The notes under the pieces: model-generated
What the model saw: only the letters and a program-made list of their open reading frames with translations
Databases searched by the model: none
Told to the model about the DNA's origin: nothing
In this document: positions 1-8,614 of the stretch, piece by piece
Position numbering within the stretch: the first letter of the stretch is position 1
How the letters are laid out: each line of letters starts with the position of its first letter
Position numbers and translations under genes: made by a program
Assembly (NCBI RefSeq): GCF_006345805.1
Contig: NW_021826985.1
Location: 1 to 11,603, forward strand
DNA: 11,603 bases
Direction: 5' to 3'
Origin: Octopus sinensis
Lineage: Eukaryota

Positions 1-136
1 CATTTGTAAACATGATGATACACAGACACGCGCACACACACCACACTCATTCATAGAGCAACCGCAAGCATTAACAGGGTAACACACATACATAGACGAT
101 TAACAGACAAGCAGTTACACACATATTCGTAAACAC

Positions 137-192
<56 letters not shown>

Positions 193-735
193 CTCTCTCA
201 CACACACACACACACACACATAAGCATACACACGCAAGCATGCAGACACAAGCATAGTAGCACGCATACACAGACGATTACAGACACTCAGCTACACACA
301 CAACTACACAAGCATTCGTAAACATGATCACACCACACACACTCAAGTATACACACACTCAAGCATACACACAAAAGCCTACACACACAAGCACACCAAC
401 ACACAGTAGCACGCATATACAGACGATTGCAGACACGCAGTTACACACACACACACAAGCACACACACACACACACGCACACACACACACACAAACCCAC
501 ACACACACACACAAGCACACACACATTCGTAAACATGATCATACACAGATATGCACACATACGCACACACACACATACACAGTAGCAAGCATATACACAC
601 AAGCATACCAACACATTGCAGAACTCATATACAGGCGATTACAGACACGCAATTACACACACATACACGTTCGCAAACACTATCACAAACACACACACAG
701 AAGCACACAGGCACACACACACACACACATTGGCA
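1..735. repeat. Degenerate (CA)n-rich compound satellite with cryptic higher-order unit (~150-210 bp)
   Basis: CA-rich background. Motif A (TTCGTAAACATGATC-like) at ~4, 126, 315, 526, 670 alternates with motif B (AGACGATT.CAGACACGCAGTTACAC-like) at 94, 272, 421, 633. The His/Thr and Val/Cys ORFs here are repeat artefacts. Confidence 0.85.
139..188. repeat. (TC)25 microsatellite
   Basis: Uninterrupted TC run read directly. Confidence 0.95.
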
Positions 736-1206
736 CACGCAAACGCATGCGCACTGCGAGGTGTGTTTGACAGGCGTGTATGTGTGTGTGGTGTGTGTGT
801 TTGGCTGCTGCTGTGTGAGTCGCATGAATGTCTGGCTAGGTCAGAGCTGATTGTTCACAGGTACCGTTTTCACAATTAAGATTGCGTTTCCAAATAACGC
901 AAACCTAATTAGCAGCCCAATATTCGTCATCCGTGTGAGGATGAAAGAATTTAATTACCTAGTGACTTAACCATTCTGTGATTGGCCAAAAATAGGAGAA
1001 AGAAAGTGAAAAAGATGCAGAAAGAAAGTCTTGTTTTTTTTTTATTCTAAAAAGAAAAGAAAAAAATAGAATAATAAAATAATAAAATACAATTTTTTAA
1101 AAATAATTAAAAATGAAATCAAAATCATTTAACTTGTTTTCTTTCGGTTTTCCTAATTTCCAACTTTCGATGAAAATTAGCTTATATATAACATCATAGA
1201 TATGGC

Positions 1207-1920
1207 TATCGTCGTCAGCGTCATCATTATCATCATCATCATCATCGTTATTATCGTCGTTATCGTTATTATCGTCGTTATCGTTGTTATCGTTGTCATC
1301 GTTCTCATCGTCATCATCATCATCATCAACGTCATTATCGTCGTTATGGTCGTCGTCATCATCGTCGTCTTCGTCATCGTCATCATCATCATCAGCATCA
1401 TCATCGTCATCGTCATCGTCATCATCATCATCAGCATCATCCTCGTCATCATCGTCGTCTTCGTCATCGTCATCATTATCATCATCATCATCGTCATTAT
1501 CGTCGTTATCGTTGTCATCGTTGTCGTCGTCGTCGTCGACATCGTCATCGTCATCATCATCAACATTATCGTCGTTATGGTCGTCGTTATCGTTGTGATC
1601 GCCGTCGTCATCGTCATCGTCTTCATCATCATCATCAGCAGCAGCATAATCGTCGTTATCGTTGTCATCGTCGTTGTCGTCCACTGCCGCCGCCGCCGCC
1701 GCCACCACCACCACCGCCACCACCATCACCTCCACCTCCTCATCATCGTCATCGTCGTTGTCGTCGTCGTCGTCTTCATCGTCTTCATCATCATCAGCAG
1801 CAGTAGCATTATCATCGTTATCGTTGTCATCGTCGTTGTCGTCCACCGCCGCCGCCATCAGCTCCCCTCCTCCTCATCCTCATCGTCGTTGTCGTCGTTG
1901 TCGTCATCGTAGTCCTCGTT
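1207..1920. repeat. Degenerate trinucleotide satellite (CAT/CGT/TGT/TAT with CCG/CCA islands) with internal block duplications
   Basis: Triplet periodicity throughout. Duplicated blocks include TCGTTATCGTTGTCATCGTCGTTGTCGTCCAC.GCCGCCGCC at ~1651 and ~1815, and CATCATCATCAAC..ATTATCGTCGTTATGGTCGTCGT at ~1318 and ~1552. Confidence 0.9.
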
Positions 1921-2108
1921 ACCATTTCCCCCTCAAACTTTTGTATGTAAACCCCTATATATATATTGTATCCTGTCTTCGTAAAGTTCCTTTCACCAGA
2001 AGACCCAGAGGCAAATCGAGATATCGAGTAAATAGATCGCTCTAGAAGAAATTATACCTTGTCCTTATTATATTAGAAACAATTGGCAGACTTGGAGAAA
2101 AAAAAACG

Positions 2109-2206
2109 TAAGTCTCGGACGTCGATTTGTTCGCCTAAAACCCTTCAAGGCAGGGTGGTGCTCCAGCATGGCTGCACTTCAAAGACTGAAATAAATAAAA
2201 GATAAA
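2109..2206 (+). mobile_element. 5'-truncated SINE 3' fragment (same tail family as 7177-7550)
   Basis: GTCGATTTGTTCG..TAAA...GGTGCTCCAGCATGGCTGCA.TCAAA.GACTGAAA aligns with 7466-7523. It ends in an A-rich tail. Confidence 0.8.
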
Positions 2207-2257
2207 CGATTACAATATACTTTCCGGAAGCAGTGAAATTCTCGAACTTTCGAATTA

Positions 2258-2286
2258 GTGAAGAAGTAAGCTAAGACGAAACGTTA
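2258..2286 (+). ncRNA. Degenerate minimal hammerhead-like motif (probable relic)
   Basis: GTGAAGA-A-GT[AAGCTAAG]AC-GAAAC-GTT: near-core (C3 replaced by G), 2-bp stem II, palindromic AACGTT stem III. No stem I pairing is visible. Confidence 0.35.
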
Positions 2287-2303
2287 GGCACAAGGTTATT
2301 ATG

Positions 2304-2486
2304 ACACACACTCTCTCAAGAACATTGAGACGGTGTTGTCTCGCGCCAGCTGAAGATAGCAGATACACATATTCTCAAAAACATTATCAGACAGTGTTGT
2401 TTCGCGCCAGCACAAGATGGCAGATTTGCACATTCTCAAAAAATATTATCAGACGGTGTTGTTTCGCGCCAGCTCAAGATGGCAGA
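2304..2486. repeat. Minisatellite, ~3 copies of a 61-62 bp unit
   Basis: GAC(G/A)GTGTTGT(C/T)TCGCGCCAGC starts at 2329, 2390 and 2452 (periods 61 and 62). A partial ACACA..TCTCAA.AACATT precedes the first copy. Confidence 0.92.
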
Positions 2487-2943
2487 AATGACTGCAGCGA
2501 AGACAAAGTGAAAAATATTTGCCGCCACAGTATCATTGTCAAGGATTGCAACAATTAAAAATAAAGCACAAACAACAACAGCAACAATTACAACTGGCAC
2601 TACGTCAGTTACGACGACAAGTGATCCATTTGATCCGATCAATGGAGCAGCCCCTACAGATACGTCTACACTTAATGTAGTGCTCAGAGATATTCAACCT
2701 GACGCAGAATAATTGATGCACTTGGCTTTGTCCGGATAAGCTAGGGTTTTCAGAATAAAGAAATCAAACATGTAACTTACACACTACAAATACAATACGT
2801 AAGTGGAACAGCCGAAATATGCAAAACTTTGCTTAAGTTTGGAATGTTACATTGCTCCAACGATGGAGCTTACGATCTTTGTTAGAAACTAGGGAATTCT
2901 TCAGAGGAAGAATTCAACTCACTAAAAACTGAAGAAAACATTA

Positions 2944-3047
2944 ATGTATGTAATGTATGTATGTATGTTTGTATATATTATATAGACAGAGAGGGGCACT
3001 TAGGTAGGTATGAAGAGATAGACAAATATGGATATAGTTAGATGTAG

Positions 3048-3079
<32 letters not shown>

Positions 3080-3135
3080 GTAGAGATAGATAGATAGAGA
3101 GACAGATAGATAAATAGATAGATAGAAAGACAGAC

Positions 3136-3172
<37 letters not shown>

Positions 3173-3178
3173 TAGAGA

Positions 3179-3210
<32 letters not shown>
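2944..3210. repeat. Compound microsatellite (TATG)n / (TAGA)n / (TA)n
   Basis: Read directly. The YLSI-repeat ORFs are artefacts. Confidence 0.92.
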
Positions 3211-3214
<4 letters not shown>

Positions 3215-3552
3215 AGGATCCGAGACCCCCTTCGGTCACGACACTGACCATGGGATTGCACCTAGAAAGTTACCCTCCTAGACACAAGTCTGGGCAAGGT
3301 TGTTTTATGGAAGACCAGCAGTCGCCCATGCATACCGGCCTCCCCTCTCCACGTCACCGATGTTATCCAAGGGAAAGGCAAAGGGGCCGATACAGCTTGG
3401 CACCAGTGACGTCGCAACTCATTTCTACAGCTGAGTGAACTGGAGCAACGTGAAATAAAGTGTCTTGCTCAAGAACACAACACGCAGCCCGGTCCGGGAT
3501 TCGAGCTCACAACCTCACGATCGTCAGCTCGACGCTCTAACCACTGAGCCAT
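3211..3552 (-). mobile_element. tRNA-derived SINE, near full length, flanked by (TA)n on both sides
   Basis: Minus strand: A box TGGCTCAGTGG (3541-3551) and B box GAGCTCGAATCCC (3496-3508). Its central domain GTGTTCTTGAGCAAGACACTTTATTTCACG (3449-3478) is 28/30 identical to 8176-8205. Confidence 0.9.
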
Positions 3553-3680
3553 ATATATATATATATTATATATATATATATATATTATAGAGAGAGAGAG
3601 AGAGAGAGAGATAAATATAGATAGATTTTGATAGATATATACAAGATATATACATATATACATACCTACATACGTGTATA
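3551..3680. repeat. (TA)n/(GA)n/(TAGA)n compound microsatellite
   Basis: Read directly. Confidence 0.9.
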
Positions 3681-3681
3681 T

Positions 3682-3850
3682 GAAACGTTGCCACGCCGGG
3701 TGAAATGCTTAGCGGTATTTCGTCTGTCTTTATGCTCTGAGTTCAAATTCCACCGAGGTCGACTTTGTTTTCATCTTTTCGGGGTCGATAAACTATGTAC
3801 CCATTGCGTATTGCGGTTGATCTAATCGACTGGCGCCCTCCCCACAAATA
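3682..3850 (+). mobile_element. 5'-truncated tRNA-derived SINE (same family as 4145-5734, opposite orientation)
   Basis: CACGCCGGGTGAAATGCTTAGCGGTATTTCGTCTG...GAGTTCAAATTCCACCGAGGTCGACTTTG is the reverse complement of the sequence at 5630-5710. B box present; it starts inside the A box. Confidence 0.9.
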
Positions 3851-4144
3851 AAGATTATGTTTCTCTAGTCTGTAAGTATATCCTGAAGCTCTCCATTTAC
3901 GATGTGTTATGTTATTTCAATACTTCTCTTGTTTTGGATTTTATGCAAAAGGAATTTTCTCTATAAGAAAATAATTGAAAAGCACAAGTGGAACTTTGCG
4001 GTGTCATTATAACTCCACTCTCTCATAAGTCACACATAAAATAATTCATACAGAAAGTCAAGGGGCCGAGGGAATTTTTCTGTTCAAATAACGGAATATC
4101 ACGGAGAACTGCACCCGCATTCGGGTTCATCCGGGCTTGCGCCC

Positions 4145-4365
4145 CAATAATATTGGTATCAGATTTTGGCACAAGGCTAGCAATTTAAAGGGAAGATAAG
4201 TCGATTACATCAACCACAGTGATCAACTGGTACTTAGTTTATAGGTCCCGATAGAATTAAATGCAAAGTGGAACCCCAGTGGAATTTGAACCTAGAACGT
4301 AAGGATGGACGAAATATCGCTAAGCATTTTTCGCGGTGTACTTACCATTCTGCCACCTTGTCGCC
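4145..4365 (-). mobile_element. Older full-length tRNA-derived SINE copy (module D of the train)
   Basis: Minus strand: A box TGGCAGAATGG (4345-4355) and B box GGTTCAAATTCC (4281-4292), then ...AAGTACCAGTTG..CACTG.GGTTGATGTAATCGACTTA and a CCTTGTGCCAAAAT tail. Confidence 0.85.
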
Positions 4366-4385
4366 TTTAGCTTCATTAATATTGA

Positions 4386-4584
4386 TGGCCACCAACTTGG
4401 TGGGGGGGGGGGTCTGGGTTCAGTCGATTAGATTGCCCCCCTCCTCCCTCCCCTGTTTAACTTGTGCTTATTTTATCGACCGCAAAACGATGAAAGACGA
4501 AGTCGATATCGGCGGAATTTGAACGTAAAACGTAACAACCGACGAAGGGCCGCTAAGCATTTTGCTCGGCGTGGAAACGATTCT
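4386..4584 (-). mobile_element. Diverged 5'-truncated SINE copy (module C) fused directly to the tail of the tandem array
   Basis: The minus strand begins AGAATCGTTTCCACGCCGAGCAAAATGCTTAGCGG immediately after the array tail ...AAAGAAATA. B box GTTCAAATTCC. Confidence 0.8.
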
Positions 4585-5686
4585 TATTTCTTTATTGCCA
4601 ACAAGGGGCTAAACACAGAGGGGACAAACAAGGACAGACAAAGGGGTTAAGTCTATTATATCGACCTCAGTGCGTAATTGGTAATTAATTTATAGACCCC
4701 GAAACGATGAAAGGCAAAGTCGACCTCGGCGGAATTTGAACTCAGAACGTAGCGGCAGACGAAATACCTATTTCTTTATTACCCACGAGGAGCTAAACAC
4801 AGAGGGGACAAACAAGGACAGGCATAGGTATTAAGTCGATTATATCGACACCAGTGCGTAACTGGTACTTATTTAATCGACCCCGAAGGATGAAGGCAAA
4901 GTCGACCTCGGCGGAATTTGAACTCAGAACGTAGCGGCAGACGAAATACCTATTTCTTTATTACCCACGAGGAGCTAAACACAGAGGGGACAAACAAGGA
5001 CAGGCATAGGTATTAAGTCGATTATATCGACACCAGTGCGTAACTGGTACTTATTTAATCGACCCCCGAAGGATGAAAGGCAAAGTCGACCTCGGCGGAA
5101 TTTGAACTCAGAACGTAGCGGCAGACGAAATACCTATTTCTTTATTACCCACGAGGAGCTAAACACAGAGGGGACAAACAAGGACAGGCATAGGTATTAA
5201 GTCGATTATATCGACACCAGTGCGTAACTGGTACTTATTTAATCGACCCCGAAAGGATGAAAGGCAAAGTCGACCTCGGCGGAATTTGAACTCAGAACGT
5301 AGCGGCAGACGAAATACCTATTTCTTTATTACCCACGAGGAGCTAAACACAGAGGGGACAAACAAGGACAGGCATAGGTATTAAGTCGATTATATCGACA
5401 CCAGTGCGTAACTGGTACTTATTTAATCGACCCCGAAAGGATGAAAGGCAAAGTCGACCTCGGCGGAATTTGAACTCAGAACGTAGCGGCAGACGAAATA
5501 CCTATTTCTTTATTACCCACGAGGAGCTAAACACAGAGGGGACAAACAAGGACAGGCATAGGTATTAAGTCGATTATATCGACACCAGTGCGTAACTGGT
5601 ACTTATTTAATCGACCCCGAAAGGATGAAAGGCAAAGTCGACCTCGGCGGAATTTGAACTCAGAACGTAACGGCAGACGAGATACC
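4585..5686 (-). repeat. Tandem array of six SINE-body units (184, 182, 184, 184, 184, 184 bp)
   Basis: TATTTCTTTATT starts at 4585, 4769, 4951, 5135, 5319 and 5503. Each unit has a B box but no A box. Five units are near-identical; the 4585 unit has a diverged tail. Confidence 0.97.
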
Positions 5687-5734
5687 GCTAAGCATTTCGC
5701 CCGGCGTGGAAAACGATTCTGCCAGCTTGCTGTC
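5687..5734 (-). mobile_element. tRNA-like head (A box) of the SINE whose body is tandemly amplified
   Basis: Minus strand GACAGCAAGCTGGCAGAATCGTTTTCCACGCCGGGCGAAATGCTTAGC. A box TGGCAGAATCG at 5714-5724. Confidence 0.88.
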
Positions 5735-6135
5735 TTTTAAACACCATTAATATTATCATCGACACGCGACTAACAACCCCAATAACAACAGCAACATCAA
5801 TAGAAACTAACAAAATTATAAGTACCGAACACGACCGACATATACAATAAAACCGTAAAAGAACACAGAACAACCCTCCGATACTACAACAACGGAAAGC
5901 ATCGTACAGGCGGCGATCTTTTGTTGGTTACAGACAACGCGAACAAACCTCACTGCAGTGTTTTTGAGTTGTTCAAACGGGTTATAAGAAGTTGTAGAAT
6001 GAAACTAAACGAACCGTGCAATCGATTAACGAAAATATTAAAAGAACCTTAAACTTGTTCGTTGCTACATTAAAAGAATTCTCTGCTAGCCTGCATGATA
6101 AATTGGTGATGAAACAGAACGCCAATCACACCTCC

Positions 6136-6608
<473 letters not shown>

Positions 6609-6746
6609 AAGTGAACTAAAGTTTTTTCCCGGAACTCTAGTGGACTTCAGATGGTGCAAGGAGATAAAATTCTATTGATTTCTTTCAATGGTTCGAAGAC
6701 GTGCGAAGCTTTTGTAAGTACACACGTTTCTGTTTTTTTCTTCCAG

Positions 6747-6872
6747 TCTAAAAGGAAGATGGGGTGTGTCAATTCCCCTGAAAGATCTGAAATCACACGA
6801 TTCAGAAAAGGAAGAATATTCGTTAAGATGATTCCGTTGATGTTCTTATTGTCGTTGTTTTTCCCTATATAG
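6747..6872 (+). other. Candidate exon or small ORF (MGCVNSPERS...), unverified
   Basis: Strong acceptor TTTCTGTTTTTTTCTTCCAG| at 6746. ATG at 6759 in AAGATGG context, encoding an MGCxxS N-terminus. No strong downstream donor and no recognisable homology. Confidence 0.2.
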
Positions 6873-7176
6873 GGCATGATTCAGCGGACTTTTTATCAAA
6901 AGCATCCATGCGGCGTAGTTGCTCATTCATCTAATTTCTTTCGAAACGTACTTTATCTAGGACAGTCGTACACGACAGTTTTCTGAGATGCTGATCATCA
7001 GAAATCGAGCTACATAACTAAGATATTATTAAACCAACAAACACTGTAAGATGTTCAGAGCACACTGAGGAATTTTGAATTAGAAAAGAGAACGAAAAAG
7101 AAGCGATGTTCTTCCAATTAACGGAATTAGACCTAAAAGTTATGTTACAAAATGTTAGTAAAGAGTTATATTCATA

Positions 7177-7339
7177 GGCGCAGGAGTGGCTGTGTGGTAA
7201 GTAGCTTGCTATCCAACCACATGGTTCCGGGTTCAGTCCCACTGCGTGGCATCTTGGGCAAGTGTCTTCTGCTATAGCCCCGGGCCGACCAATGCCTTGT
7301 GAGTGGATTTGGTAGACGGAAACTGAAAGAAGCCTGTCG

Positions 7340-7380
<41 letters not shown>

Positions 7381-7550
7381 TTGTGTTTGTCCCCCTAGTA
7401 TTGTTTACGTCCCCGTCACTTAGACCGATAGAATAAGTACTGGGCTTACAAAGAATAAGTCCCGGGATCGATTTGCTCGACTAAAGGCGGTGCTCCAGCA
7501 TGGCCGCAGTCAAATGACTGAAACAAGTGAAAGAGTAAAGAGTAAAGAGT
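7177..7550 (+). mobile_element. Full-length tRNA-derived SINE with internal (TA)(TG) microsatellite, (AAAGAGT)n tail and probable TSD
   Basis: A box TGGCTGTGTGG (7187-7197) and B box GGTTCAGTCCC (7230-7240). Central CTTGGGCAAGTGTCTTC domain; tail GGTGCTCCAGCATGGCCGCAGTCAAATGACTGAAAC. Flanks AGTAAAGAGTTATATT (7157-7172) and AGTAAAGAGTATATT (7541-7555). Confidence 0.92.
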
Positions 7551-8028
7551 ATATTGTACAGAGGTGACAAGCGTTGGAAATCCATGAACGATAGACAAAT
7601 CGTTTCTAGCTGGTAACCTCGGTCAATTTATTACTAAAAAGAAGGAATAGTTGAATAAAATACTTCATTTTAAAGATTTAATTCATAATAAAATATACAA
7701 CTATATTAATGAGCATGTACAGTATTATAGATCTACTGCAGTCGATCTTACTAATCGGTTTCGCACAGGATATTAAGTAATAAGATGATTATGTAATAAC
7801 TGCTCTCATCAGAATGGATTGGTATGGAAAATATTGCGACTTCTATCTCGGCCAACTTTGAAGAACGCAGGTATTGAATAATCGTTTGATTCCTTAATAG
7901 GTTTTCCGAAACGATTCGACAAATTGGATGTAATCGATGAATACGTTTGATTTATATCCGTAGTGGAGTGACAAATATATGGGTGACCATTTTTTCCTGG
8001 CTTATGGATTCTTAGATGACCTCTGTTC

Positions 8029-8072
8029 GGGTCGATTTATTCGACAACACTCTTCAAGGTAGTACCCTGCAC
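8029..8072 (+). mobile_element. Short degraded SINE 3'-domain fragment
   Basis: GGGTCGATTTATTCGACAACACTCTTCAAGG resembles GTCGATTTGTTCGCCTAAAACCCTTCAAGG at 2121-2150. Confidence 0.5.
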
Positions 8073-8101
8073 ATAAGTGTGTATGTGTGTGTATGTACAA
8101 C

Positions 8102-8403
8102 AGGCGCTTGGCTTAGCGGTTATGGCATTCGGCTCATGATTCTATGATTGTGAGTTCAATTCCTGGCGACGCATTGTGTCCTTGAGCAAGACACTTTATT
8201 TCATGCTGCAAAAATGAGTAGTACCTGTATTTCAAAGGGCCAGCCTTGTCACTCTCTGTGTCACGCTGAATCTCTTTGAGAACTACTTTAAGGGTACACG
8301 TGTCTGTGGAGTGCTCAGCCACTTGCATGTTAATTTCACGAGCAAACTGTTCCATTGGTCGTATCAGCTGGGACACTCATCGTCGTAACCGACAGAATGC
8401 TCC
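8102..8403 (+). mobile_element. tRNA-derived SINE sharing head and central domain with 3211-3552 but with a different 3' half
   Basis: A box TGGCTTAGCGG (8109-8119), B box GAGTTCAATTCC (8152-8163), central domain 8176-8205. The 3' boundary is approximate. Confidence 0.85.
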
Positions 8404-8579
8404 TTCTGCGACATTATATAAAAGAAGTGAAACATATGTACCTTTCTATTCTAAATCACGTATCAACAAAATGCAAACAGTAAAAATATTATAATGGTTA
8501 ATTGCCTTTGATGAGAATAAGGGATCGCTTTGTCAAAAAGTCTGAGAGAGATGAGAGACAAGGAAAGAGAGAGATATTG

Positions 8580-8614
8580 CCAATTAGATGACATTACCAA
8601 TTAGATGACATTAC
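8580..8614. repeat. Perfect 17-bp tandem duplication
   Basis: CCAATTAGATGACATTA at 8580-8596 and 8597-8613. Confidence 0.95.

Noticed and set aside
71-879. His/Thr-rich and Cys/Val-rich ORFs
   Set aside because: Direct translations of CA/TG/TC microsatellites, open in several frames at once.
1177-2045. Poly-Ser, poly-Ile/Val and poly-Met/Thr ORFs
   Set aside because: Alternative frames of the same trinucleotide tract.
2301-2558. 85-aa ORF with duplicated RRCCxAPAxDxR
   Set aside because: The duplication follows from the 61+62=123 nt repeat spacing. No recognisable domain.
3975-3994. TTGAAAA-GCACAAGTG-GAAC, hammerhead-like
   Set aside because: GAAA is incomplete and there is no stem III, UH triplet or stem I, so it is likely chance.
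4399-4452. G11 run and nearby C-rich tract (G4 or hairpin)
   Set aside because: Explained as an expanded homopolymer in a decayed SINE tail.
4585-5686. CRISPR-like or tRNA gene array
   Set aside because: Units are fully repeated with no unique spacers. Only B boxes recur, and no complete cloverleaf or acceptor stem is present.
7813-7870. 58-nt candidate exon (CTCTCATCAG|...CAG|GTATTG; WIGMENIATSIS)
   Set aside because: Splice signals are only moderate and the resemblance to fibrinogen-domain WLGLENI is too short to support a call. RNA-seq junctions would be needed.
7880-7916. 8-bp inverted repeat AATCGTTT/AAACGATT
   Set aside because: Isolated and AT-rich, with no ribozyme core on either strand.
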